Assembly: GCA_035295985.1 (NCBI GenBank)
Contig: DATHBT010000004.1
Coordinates: 4,170 to 68,169 of the forward strand
Direction: 5' to 3'
Source of the DNA: Pyrinomonadaceae bacterium
Lineage (GTDB): Bacteria; Acidobacteriota; Blastocatellia; Pyrinomonadales; Pyrinomonadaceae
Length of the DNA: 64,000 nucleotides
The notes beneath the pieces are model-generated. The model was not told the origin of the DNA. It did not search any database and was given only the letters and a program-made list of their open reading frames with translations. Positions 50,893 through 59,821 of this stretch are shown here, one piece after another; position 1 is the first letter of the stretch, and every line of letters begins with the position of its first letter. The position numbers were made by a program, and so were the translations under genes.

Positions 50893-51420
50893 GTGATCTT
50901 CAGCGAGACAAAACTCAAGGGGGCTTTCCTCATCGAGCCGGAGCGGCTCGAGGACGAGCGCGGCTTCTTCGCGCGGAGCTGGTCAGGCGAGGAGTTCGGC
51001 GCGCGGGGCTTGAGCGCGCGGCTGGCCGAGTGCAACATCTCGTTCAACCGGAGGAAGGGCACGCTGCGCGGCATGCACTTCCAGGCGCCCCCGCGCGCGC
51101 AGACCAAGCTGGTGCGATGCACGATGGGCGCCGTCTACGACGTTATCGTCGACCTGCGTCCCGGCTCGCTGACTTTCAAGCAGTGGCTGGGGGCGGTCCT
51201 GAGCGCCGACAATCGGCTCATGCTCTACGTCCCGGAAGGTTTCGCGCACGGCTTTCAGACCCTGGAAGACGGCTCGGAAGTTTTCTACCAGATGTCAGAT
51301 ATCTACGTCCCGGAGGCGGCGAGGGGGGTGCGCTGGGACGATCCCGCCTTCGGCATCGAGTGGCCGCCGGGCGAGCGAATCATTATCGCCAGGGATCAGG
51401 GGTATCCTGATTATCAGTGA
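50893..51420 (+). CDS. NDP-4-dehydro-6-deoxyhexose 3,5-epimerase (RfbC/RmlC cupin family)
   Basis: 175 aa with DERGFFARSW, GTLRGMHFQ and YVPEGFAHGFQTLEDGSEVFYQ. The start is GTG. Confidence 0.85.
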   Translation: MIFSETKLKGAFLIEPERLEDERGFFARSWSGEEFGARGLSARLAECNISFNRRKGTLRGMHFQAPPRAQTKLVRCTMGAVYDVIVDLRPGSLTFKQWLGAVLSADNRLMLYVPEGFAHGFQTLEDGSEVFYQMSDIYVPEAARGVRWDDPAFGIEWPPGERIIIARDQGYPDYQ

Positions 51421-52364
51421 TGGGAAGGGTCCTGCTCACCGGCGCAGGCGGCCTCGTCGGCCGGCATTGCCTCCCGCTGCTCCAGGAGAGTGGTTACGAG
51501 GTGCACGCGGTTTCGTCGCGGGCGGCGCCGGCGGGCGCGCCGCCCGCCGTGACCTGGCACCTGGTGGACCTGCTCGACGCGTCCCAGACCGCGGGCCTGC
51601 TGGCCCGGGTCAGGCCCACACATCTGCTTCACTTCGCGTGGTACACGGCCCCGGGCCGGTACTGGACTTCGCTGGAAAACTTTCGCTGGGCGCGGGCGAG
51701 CCTGCACCTGCTCGAAGTTTTCGCCGCGCACGGGGGGGCGCGCTGCGTCGTCGCCGGCTCGTGCGCGGAATACGACTGGCGCTCGGGGGCGCGCTGCTCT
51801 GAGGCGCTGACGCCGCTCGCGCCCGCGACCCCGTACGGGGCGTGCAAGCACGCGCTCCACGTCATGCTCGAGGCGCTGGCCGGGCAGACGGGGCTCAGCG
51901 GGGCGTGGGGCCGCATCTTCTTTCTCTACGGCCCGCACGAACATCCGGGCCGGCTGGTCGCTTCGGTCATCGGCTCACTGCTGCGGGGGGAGCCGGCGCT
52001 GTGCTCGCACGGCCGCCAGGTCCGCGACTTCCTGTACGTGAAGGACGTCGCGTCGGCTTTCGTCTCGCTGGTGGGTTCGGACGTGACCGGGGCGGTCAAC
52101 ATCGCCTCCGGGCGCCCGCTCACGCTGGAGCGGGTGATCGATAAGATCGCTGGGAAACTCGGGCGGCGGGACCTGGTGCGGCTGGGCGCCGTACCCGCCG
52201 CGGCGGACGAGCCGCCGGAGTTGACGGCCGATGTCGGGCGTCTGCGCGATGAGGTCGGCTGGTCTCCACGCTACAGCCTGGATGAGGGGCTAGAGGAGAC
52301 AATCGACTGGTGGAAGTCCCGCCTATCCCACGGGCCGGGTGCTGATGACGGCGAATTACCGTAA
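51417..52364 (+). CDS. NAD-dependent epimerase/dehydratase family protein (probable 4-ketoreductase)
   Basis: 315 aa with VLLTGAGGLVGRH and the catalytic YGACKHALH motif. The start overlaps the epimerase stop. Confidence 0.75.
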   Translation: MMGRVLLTGAGGLVGRHCLPLLQESGYEVHAVSSRAAPAGAPPAVTWHLVDLLDASQTAGLLARVRPTHLLHFAWYTAPGRYWTSLENFRWARASLHLLEVFAAHGGARCVVAGSCAEYDWRSGARCSEALTPLAPATPYGACKHALHVMLEALAGQTGLSGAWGRIFFLYGPHEHPGRLVASVIGSLLRGEPALCSHGRQVRDFLYVKDVASAFVSLVGSDVTGAVNIASGRPLTLERVIDKIAGKLGRRDLVRLGAVPAAADEPPELTADVGRLRDEVGWSPRYSLDEGLEETIDWWKSRLSHGPGADDGELP

Positions 52365-52590
52365 CGCGCGCCCGCACACCGGAACCTTGTGACGGGGGGT
52401 GGGGTTTTGGCGCTCCGGGTTCACACAAGCGGAGTGGTCCCGCCCCTAGGTTCTCGCCTCTTGACCGCTTGTTATGAGGATCCCGCAGGCCATGGCATAA
52501 TACCGCCCGTTTTGATGAGTCCGAGCTACTCACGGTGAAAATGTGGCCTCGCCGCGCGGGGCGGTCCAGGGGTTGGTTTGATGTGAGGGT

Positions 52591-53361
52591 ATGAAACTAA
52601 CGATTGATACGACGGAGAGGACTCTCACCGAAGAGCGCGGTGACGAAGTCCGCATCATGGAGCTGTACTCGAAGGAGGCTTTTGAGCTGATTTCCCATGA
52701 GTGGGTGAAGGTGGGCTGGAATCAGAAGTATCCTTACACCTTTAGTTGGATGGGGAGGCCCGTCATTCAACTCCCGGAGGACATGATCAGGGCGCAGGAG
52801 GTCATCTACAGAGTGAGGCCCGACGTTATCGTCGAGACGGGCGTGGCCCACGGCGGCTCTCTGGTCTACTACGCCAGCCTCTGCAAAGCTATGGGGAGGG
52901 GGCGTGTGATCGGCATCGACCTCGAAATCCGCCCGCACAACCGCCAAGCCATCGAGGCGCATGAGATGTTCCCGCTGATCACGCTGGTGGAAGGGAGCTC
53001 GGCTGCGCCGGACGTCGTCCATCATATACACTCTTTGATCGGCGAAGGTGAATCTGTTATGGTGATCTTGGACTCAAATCATACTAAGCAGCACGTCTTG
53101 GATGAACTGGAGGCTTACCACGACCTTGTTACGCCGGACTCATACATCGTGGCGACCGACGGGTCGATGAGAATCCTCCACGATGTGCCGCGGGGTAAGC
53201 CCGAGTGGGTCGATGACAACCCGGCCGCGGCCGCGGCCGAGTTCGCGCGACGGCACGCCGAGTTCGTCTTGGAGCAGCCGGCCTGGCCTTTTAACGAGAG
53301 TGGGCTGTCCGAGAACGTTACCCACTGGCCCGGCGCTTGGCTGAGGAGGCGCCCGTCGTAA
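52591..53361 (+). CDS. CmcI / cephalosporin-hydroxylase-family SAM-dependent methyltransferase (rhamnosyl O-methyltransferase-like)
   Basis: 256 aa. FSWMGRPVIQLPEDMIRAQEVIYRVRPDVIVETGVAHGGSLVYYASL is the CmcI-family signature. GC content is visibly lower than in neighbouring genes. Confidence 0.75.
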   Translation: MKLTIDTTERTLTEERGDEVRIMELYSKEAFELISHEWVKVGWNQKYPYTFSWMGRPVIQLPEDMIRAQEVIYRVRPDVIVETGVAHGGSLVYYASLCKAMGRGRVIGIDLEIRPHNRQAIEAHEMFPLITLVEGSSAAPDVVHHIHSLIGEGESVMVILDSNHTKQHVLDELEAYHDLVTPDSYIVATDGSMRILHDVPRGKPEWVDDNPAAAAAEFARRHAEFVLEQPAWPFNESGLSENVTHWPGAWLRRRPS

Positions 53362-53544
53362 CGGATTCGGTATCAGTGCCGCCCGGCGGCGTCGGATCGG
53401 TGTTGTCGGAGAGTAGGCATAATTTAAGTCCCGCTTTGGCTCTTAAAGAGTTCTCACAGTCCATCCGACACAGACTAATGTATTCGTCAGGGGCGAGCCC
53501 GCGCCGCCGGGGGGTAGGCGGCCCGGCTCCCCGAGGAGGTTGGT

Positions 53545-54885
53545 GTGCCGTTCTTTTCCGTCCTGATGCCCACGAGAAACCGCGCCTCGTTGCTGAAGTC
53601 CGCCCTACGGACTGCGGTGAACCAGGAGTTCGCGGACTACGAAATAATAGTTTCCGACAACAACTCTCAGGATGAGACTAAGGAGGTCGTCGAGGGCTTC
53701 ATCCGGTCGAGCGAACGGGTCAGGTACATCAACCCGGGGCGCGACCTGTCGATGTGCGACAACTTCGAGTTCGTCCTGTCTCACGCCGCCGGGGAATACG
53801 TCCTCTACCTCAGCGACGACGACGCGCTTGCCGCCAACGCGCTGACGTACATCCACGAGGTGCTGAGCAGGTTTTCGATCAACACCCTGGTCTGGGAGAG
53901 GGGCTACTATCAGCACGCCGACATCCCGGACGACAGCCTGCGGTGCACCTTCTTCTGCGAGCGTCGCACGGGCAACCTGTACGAGGTGGCGAGCCGCCCG
54001 GTGGCCGACTCCTTCTCCAACTTCGACAGTAAAACCTACGGCATCCTCCCGAAAATGCTCAACTGCGCGGTGTCCAGTTCCGTGCTCCGCGAATGCCGTG
54101 AGAAGACTCAGTACTTTTTCCTCCCCCCCTTCCCCGACTATTCCGCGGCCTGCCACCTGCTCGGCGCCGGCGACAGCTACCACCTGTTGGACCTGCCCCT
54201 CTACATCTGCGGGGTGAGCAAAATCAGTAACGCGGGCATACAGTACAACCGCAAGCAGAAGTTCGAGGACTATATCTCCCTGCTCGGCCTGGATCTGCTG
54301 GAGGGGGTGCCCTACCCGATGAGGTACCTGAACCCCTCATACTTCTTGGCGACGTACCGTAAGTTTCAGAAGATTTACCCGGAGACTTTCACCAGCCCGG
54401 CCAACATGGACGCTTATCTAAAAGCGCTCTTTACGGAGTTGATGTCCTTCGAGGTCTACGAGGACATCTCGGAGGAGATCGGGACCCTGGCCGGCCATAT
54501 GAGGGACTATTACGGGAGCGACGAGACGTTCAACGCGGTGATGAAAGAACACAGGGACTCGAAGACCGCCCCCGGTGCGGGCGCGGGGGGCAGGGAGAAT
54601 TTGGGCAGGTCTCTCAGGAAAACCGCCGGGAGAATTATCCGCGGCAACGATCTCCTGCACGGCCTCGCCGTGCGGGCCAAGAGGAGGTTGCGGCCCGCGC
54701 CCCCCGCGGGAGCTCCCAAGACGGACGATTATTCCACCGAGCGACACCTCTCCCGCACTAATATTCAAACCATCTTTGACGCGTCGCAACTCCTCGGCCA
54801 GGTTTTATCGTCGGAGGCGAGGAGTCCTGCCCACCTGACCCCGATCCCGGTCGAGTCACTTTCGCGTATGGAGGGGTGGGCTTAG
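53545..54885 (+). CDS. family 2 glycosyltransferase with a long C-terminal extension
   Basis: GTG start preceded by a GAGGAGG SD. FFSVLMPTRNRASLLKSALRTAVNQEFADYEIIVSDNNSQDET and LSDDD form the GT2 DxD region. Confidence 0.8.
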   Translation: MPFFSVLMPTRNRASLLKSALRTAVNQEFADYEIIVSDNNSQDETKEVVEGFIRSSERVRYINPGRDLSMCDNFEFVLSHAAGEYVLYLSDDDALAANALTYIHEVLSRFSINTLVWERGYYQHADIPDDSLRCTFFCERRTGNLYEVASRPVADSFSNFDSKTYGILPKMLNCAVSSSVLRECREKTQYFFLPPFPDYSAACHLLGAGDSYHLLDLPLYICGVSKISNAGIQYNRKQKFEDYISLLGLDLLEGVPYPMRYLNPSYFLATYRKFQKIYPETFTSPANMDAYLKALFTELMSFEVYEDISEEIGTLAGHMRDYYGSDETFNAVMKEHRDSKTAPGAGAGGRENLGRSLRKTAGRIIRGNDLLHGLAVRAKRRLRPAPPAGAPKTDDYSTERHLSRTNIQTIFDASQLLGQVLSSEARSPAHLTPIPVESLSRMEGWA

Positions 54886-55034
54886 CCCACGGCCTGCCGG
54901 GTCGCATGGGCCGCCGTTCGTGCCACGCTCCACGGCGGGGCGGCCGGGTGCCCAAGCATCGCACGGCGTGTAAAATTGTAGCCGCGAAATCTTGGCGCGC
55001 CGCCGCGCGGTAAAGAAAGGAACGGGCTGGAGGG

Positions 55035-57011
55035 ATGTGCGGAATCGCTGGCCTCCTAAATCTTGACGGGCGCCCGGCCAGCCACGAAGTGGTGGGCGTG
55101 ATGACGCGCGCCCTGGCCCACCGCGGGCCGGACGGGCAAGGCGTGCACGTCGACGGGCCGCTGGGGCTGGGACATCGGCGCTTGTCCATCCTGGACCTCA
55201 GCGCCGCCGCCGCCCAGCCGATGGGCTTCGCGGACGGCCGGTACTGGCTGACCTATAACGGCGAAGTCTACAACTTCATCGAGCTGCGGCGGGAGCTCGA
55301 GGACTGCGGCTACTCCTTCCGCACGCAGGCCGACACCGAAGTCATCCTCGCCGCCTACGACCGCTGGGGGCCCGACTGCCAGCTCAAGTTTAACGGGATG
55401 TGGGCCCTAGCGATATGGGACGCGCGCGAGCGCACCCTGTTCCTGTCGCGCGACCGCTTCGGCATCAAGCCTTTGTACTACGTGGCGGAGCCGGGGCGGT
55501 TCGCCTTCGCCTCGGAGATGAAGGCCTTCCTCCACCTGGAGGGGTTCGCGCCGCGCGAGAACGAGGCGGCGCTCCGGCGGACGCTGGCGAATGCCTTCGC
55601 TTTAGAGAGCACGGAGGAGACGCTGCTGGAAGGCGTCGCGCGCCTGCGGGGCGGTCATTGCATGACGGTTCGCCGCGACGGCGCGACGAAGGTCTGGCGG
55701 TGGTGGAACACGCTGGATCATCTGGCTGCCCCCCCGCGAACCCTCGACGAGCAGGCCGAGCGTTTCCGCGAGCTGTTCTTCGACTCGTGCCGGCTGAGGC
55801 TGCGCAGCGACGTGCCGGTGGCGACCTGCCTGAGCGGCGGCGTCGATTCGAGCGCCGTCCTCTGCACGCTGGCGGCGATCAACGCGGGAGGCGGAGACCC
55901 GGCTGCGGACCGGCGTGCGCGGAACTGGCAGCGGGCTTTCGTCGCCACGTTCCCGGACACGCCTACGGACGAGCGCCGTTACGCGGAGATCGCCGTCCGC
56001 CACGCGGGGGCGGAGCCGCACTACCGCGCGATGTCGGCCGACGAGGCGCTCGGCGACCTCGAACGCCTCGTCTACGACTTCGAGGACATCTACGTCACGC
56101 TGCCGGCGCCGATCTGGGCCATCTACCGCGAGCTGCGCCGCGACGGCGTCGTCGTCTCCCTCGACGGACACGGGGCCGACGAGATGCTTGGGGGCTACAA
56201 CCAGTACGCCGAGGCGGCGCTGCGCGAGAGCGGCGGCCTGCTGAGGTCTCCGTCACGCACGCTCGACCTGGTCAACACGCTGCACCACCTTTACGCGCCC
56301 GGCGGGCCCGTGCCGGCCCCGAGCCGCGTGCGCTTGGTGATGGACAAGGCGGCGAGCGACCCCGTCCTCAACCTGCCAGCGCGCGCGGCGCGCTCCCTCC
56401 ACTACCGAATGTTCGTTAAGCCGTGGCGGAAGAACGGGGCCAACGGCCACGCCCAGGCCGGGACGGCGGCGAGCGCCGCCGTCGGGCTCGACCCGGTGGA
56501 GGAGCGTGCCATCGACGCCCTCGGCCCGGTCAACGCCCTCCTCTACCGCGACTTCCACCGCACCGTGTTGCCTACGATCCTGCGCAACTTCGACCGCTGC
56601 TCGATGTCGCACGGCATCGAGGTGCGGATGCCCTTCATGGACTGGCGGCTGGTCTGCTTCACCTTCTCGCTCCCCGAGGAGAGCAAGATCGGCGGCGGGT
56701 TCACGAAGCGCGTCCTGCGCGAGGCGATGCGGGGCGTGATGCCCGAGGCGCTGCGCACGCGCAAGGGGAAGATCGGGTTCAACTCGCCGCTCCCGGATTG
56801 GTTCGCCGGCCCGCTGCGCGACTGGCTGTGGGAGCAGGTCAGCAGCGCCGACTTCCTGCTGAGCGGACTCTGGGACGGGCCGGCCATCCGCGACCAGGTC
56901 GGGCGGAAGCTCCGCGGCGAGGCGTGGGCGTGGGAGGAGGCCGCGCGGGTGTGGACGCTCGTCCACGCGCACCTCTGGCTCAATACATTCTGTAAAGGGA
57001 AAGTTAAATGA
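55035..57011 (+). CDS. asparagine synthase (glutamine-hydrolysing) family amidotransferase, glycan-cluster type
   Basis: 658 aa. The MCGIAG N-terminal nucleophile is present, with GPDGQGVH and YNGEVYNF. The PP-loop is CLSGGVDSS. Confidence 0.88.
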   Translation: MCGIAGLLNLDGRPASHEVVGVMTRALAHRGPDGQGVHVDGPLGLGHRRLSILDLSAAAAQPMGFADGRYWLTYNGEVYNFIELRRELEDCGYSFRTQADTEVILAAYDRWGPDCQLKFNGMWALAIWDARERTLFLSRDRFGIKPLYYVAEPGRFAFASEMKAFLHLEGFAPRENEAALRRTLANAFALESTEETLLEGVARLRGGHCMTVRRDGATKVWRWWNTLDHLAAPPRTLDEQAERFRELFFDSCRLRLRSDVPVATCLSGGVDSSAVLCTLAAINAGGGDPAADRRARNWQRAFVATFPDTPTDERRYAEIAVRHAGAEPHYRAMSADEALGDLERLVYDFEDIYVTLPAPIWAIYRELRRDGVVVSLDGHGADEMLGGYNQYAEAALRESGGLLRSPSRTLDLVNTLHHLYAPGGPVPAPSRVRLVMDKAASDPVLNLPARAARSLHYRMFVKPWRKNGANGHAQAGTAASAAVGLDPVEERAIDALGPVNALLYRDFHRTVLPTILRNFDRCSMSHGIEVRMPFMDWRLVCFTFSLPEESKIGGGFTKRVLREAMRGVMPEALRTRKGKIGFNSPLPDWFAGPLRDWLWEQVSSADFLLSGLWDGPAIRDQVGRKLRGEAWAWEEAARVWTLVHAHLWLNTFCKGKVK

Positions 57012-58045
57012 TCACTCTTGCACAACTCGGCTGCGGTTACTGGGGCCCGAACCTGCTGCGGAACTTTTCGGCCCTGCCGGGCTGCCGCGTCAAGTGGGTC
57101 GCCGAGCCGAGCTCCGAGCGGCGGGCGTACGTCGAACAGAACTACCCGAGGACGGAGGCGACCCCGGAGTGGGAGCGGGCCGTGGGCGACCCGGAGGTGG
57201 ACGGGGTGATCATCTCGACCCCCGCCTCGACGCACTACGCTTTGGCCGGCGCCGCCCTCAAGGCGGGCAAGCACGTCTTCGTCGAGAAGCCGCTGGCGAT
57301 GTCGGTGGCGGAGGCCGACGAGTTGCTGGCCCTGACCGCCGAGGGGCAGACCCTGATGGTCGGGCACACCTTCCTCTTCAACCCGGCGGTGCGCTACGCG
57401 AAGCGCCTGCTGGAGGAGGGTGAGTTGGGGCCTATATACTACATCTACAGCCAGCGCCTAAACCTCGGGCAGGTGCGCTCCGACGTGAACGCCTGGTGGA
57501 ACCTGGCCCCGCACGACGTCAGCATCCTGCTCTACCTGATGGGCGGCGAGTTGCCGGCCGCCGTAGCCGCCCACGGGGTGGACTACATCCAGCCCGGGAT
57601 CGAGGACGTGGTCTTCGCCACGCTGACCTGGCCCAGCCGGGTGACGGCCCATATCCAGGTGAGTTGGCTGGACCCCGGTAAGGTGCGGAAAATGACACTG
57701 GTGGGCAGCCGCAAGATGGTCGTCTATGACGACGTGAGCGACGACAAGATCGCCATCTTCGACAAGGGCGTAGAGCGCGTCCCGAGGGCCGGGCAGAGGA
57801 TGGATTACGACCACTTCAACAACTTCCAGTTGTTGCACCGGGCGGGCGACGTGCTGCTGCCGCGCGTCCAATTCCGCGAGCCCCTCGGCCTTGAGGCGGC
57901 CCACTTCGTGGAATGCATACAGACCGGGCAGGAGCCCCTGACCGGGGGTCGGCACGGGCGGGACGTGGTCGCGGTGCTGGAGGCCGGGCAGCAGGCGCTG
58001 CGCGAACACGGGCGCGTGAGCCTCGGGGAGGCGGTCGAGGTCTAA
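57008..58045 (+). CDS. Gfo/Idh/MocA family sugar-nucleotide oxidoreductase (WbpB-like)
   Basis: 345 aa with GCGYWGPNLLRNF and HVFVEKPLA. The start overlaps the upstream stop (ATGA). Confidence 0.85.
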   Translation: MITLAQLGCGYWGPNLLRNFSALPGCRVKWVAEPSSERRAYVEQNYPRTEATPEWERAVGDPEVDGVIISTPASTHYALAGAALKAGKHVFVEKPLAMSVAEADELLALTAEGQTLMVGHTFLFNPAVRYAKRLLEEGELGPIYYIYSQRLNLGQVRSDVNAWWNLAPHDVSILLYLMGGELPAAVAAHGVDYIQPGIEDVVFATLTWPSRVTAHIQVSWLDPGKVRKMTLVGSRKMVVYDDVSDDKIAIFDKGVERVPRAGQRMDYDHFNNFQLLHRAGDVLLPRVQFREPLGLEAAHFVECIQTGQEPLTGGRHGRDVVAVLEAGQQALREHGRVSLGEAVEV

Positions 58046-58665
58046 TGACGACGCCAGAAGCAACCGCACTCATCCACCCGAATGTCGTGTGGGGCGGCGA
58101 TCACACCGTGGGCCCCTTCGCCATCGTCGGCCAGCCGCTCGCGGGCGGGAAGGTCGCCGAGACGGTCATTGGCCCCGGCGCGCTCATCCGCTCGCACACC
58201 GTCATCTACTGCGGCAACCGCATCGGGCGGAACTTCCAGACGGGGCACGGCGCGCTGGTCAGGGAGGAGAACGAGATCGGCGACGACGTGAGCATCGGCT
58301 CGGGCACCATCGTCGAGCACCACGTCAGGATAGGCGACGGCGCGCGCCTCCACTCGAACGTCTTCGTCCCGGAGTTCTCCGTCCTGGAGGAGGGCTGCTG
58401 GATAGGCCCCAACGTGGTAATCACCAACGCGAAGTACCCGCGCTCGCCGGGCGTCAAGGAGCGATTGGTCGGCGCCCACATCGAGCGCGGCGCCAAGATA
58501 GGCGCGAACGCAACCCTGCTGCCGGGGGTCCGCATCGGCCGCAACGCCCTGGTCGGGGCGGGCGCCGTCGTGACGAAAGACGTAGCCCCCGAGTCCGTGG
58601 TCGCCGGCAGCCCGGCGCGGGAGATTAACCGACTGTCGAATCTACCCTACGGAGAAAGCTTGTGA
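58045..58665 (+). CDS. left-handed beta-helix (hexapeptide-repeat) acetyltransferase (WbpD-like)
   Basis: The true start is ATG 58045, overlapping the upstream TAA. Hexapeptide repeats are visible (IGDDVSIGSGTIVEHHVRIGDGARLHSNVFV..., IGANATLLPGVRIGRNALVGAGAVV). Confidence 0.8.
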   Translation: MTTPEATALIHPNVVWGGDHTVGPFAIVGQPLAGGKVAETVIGPGALIRSHTVIYCGNRIGRNFQTGHGALVREENEIGDDVSIGSGTIVEHHVRIGDGARLHSNVFVPEFSVLEEGCWIGPNVVITNAKYPRSPGVKERLVGAHIERGAKIGANATLLPGVRIGRNALVGAGAVVTKDVAPESVVAGSPAREINRLSNLPYGESL

Positions 58666-59798
58666 TGACCGTCCCCTTCGTTGACCTCAGGGCCCAGTAC
58701 CTGGACATCAAAGCCGAAGTAGACGCCGCCATCCAGGGCGTCATAGACCGCAACGCCTTCATCGGCGGCGAGGAGGTGCGGGCCTTCCAGGAAGAGTTCG
58801 CCGCCTACTGCGCACAGCAGGCGGGCAGGGCGGCCGGGGGGGCGCGCCCCAGGGCGAAGCTCCACTGCGCCACCTGCGGCAACGGCACGGACGCCATCTA
58901 CCTGACCCTGCGCGCGCTCGGCGTCGGCCCGGGCGACGAGGTCATCACCGTGGCGCACACCTTCATCGCCACGACCGAGGCGATCTCGATGACCGGGGCG
59001 CGCCCCGTCTTCGTGGATGTGCTGCCGGACACGATGCTGATGGACCCGGACGCGCTGGAGGCGGCCGTCACGCCCCGCACGCGCGCCGTCGTCCCCGTCC
59101 ACCTCTACGGCCAGCCGTGCGACATGGACCGGATTATGGCCGTCGCCCGCCGCCACGGGCTGAAGGTCGTCGAGGACGCGGCGCAGGCGCACGGCGCGTT
59201 CTGGGGCGGCCGGAGGCCGGGCGCGCTCGCCGACGCGGCCACCTTCAGCTTCTACCCCGGCAAGAACCTCGGCGCCTACGGCGACGCCGGCGCTATCGTC
59301 AGTCATGACGAGGAGTTGATCCGCCGCATCAGGATGCTGGCTAACCACGGCCGCAAGGAGAAGTACACGCACGAGCTGGAGGGCGTTAACAGCCGGCTCG
59401 ACGGGCTGCAGGCGGCGGTGCTCAGGGTGAAGCTGCGCCACCTCGACGGGTGGAACGCGGCCAGGCGTCGGCACGCGGCCTACTACCACGAGGCGTTGGG
59501 CGACAGCCGGGTCGAGCTGACGGCCGTGCACCCGGACGCCGTGCCGGTGTGGCACCTCTACGTCGTCCGCGTGCCCGACCGGGAGGGCTTCCAGTCCAGG
59601 TTGAAGGAGCAGGGGGTCGAGACGGGCGTCCATTACCCTGTCCCGCTGCACCGGCAGCCGGCGTACAGGCATCTGGAGATCCCCGAGGGATCCCTGCCCG
59701 TGACCGAGAAGGCGGCGGCCGAGGTGATAAGCCTACCAATGTATGCCGAGTTAACGGAAGAGCTGGCGGCTCACGTAGTGCGTTCGATTCGGTCTTGA
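58662..59798 (+). CDS. DegT/DnrJ/EryC1/StrS-family aminotransferase (WbpE-like)
   Basis: 378 aa with VPFVDLRAQYLDIKAEVDAAIQGVIDRNAFIGG, GNGTDAIYL and FYPGKNLGAYGDAG. It contains an extra low-complexity segment of about 13 aa at 58812-58853. Confidence 0.88.
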   Translation: MMTVPFVDLRAQYLDIKAEVDAAIQGVIDRNAFIGGEEVRAFQEEFAAYCAQQAGRAAGGARPRAKLHCATCGNGTDAIYLTLRALGVGPGDEVITVAHTFIATTEAISMTGARPVFVDVLPDTMLMDPDALEAAVTPRTRAVVPVHLYGQPCDMDRIMAVARRHGLKVVEDAAQAHGAFWGGRRPGALADAATFSFYPGKNLGAYGDAGAIVSHDEELIRRIRMLANHGRKEKYTHELEGVNSRLDGLQAAVLRVKLRHLDGWNAARRRHAAYYHEALGDSRVELTAVHPDAVPVWHLYVVRVPDREGFQSRLKEQGVETGVHYPVPLHRQPAYRHLEIPEGSLPVTEKAAAEVISLPMYAELTEELAAHVVRSIRS

Positions 59799-59821
59799 GC
59801 CGGCGAGAGGGCCATCTGCCG

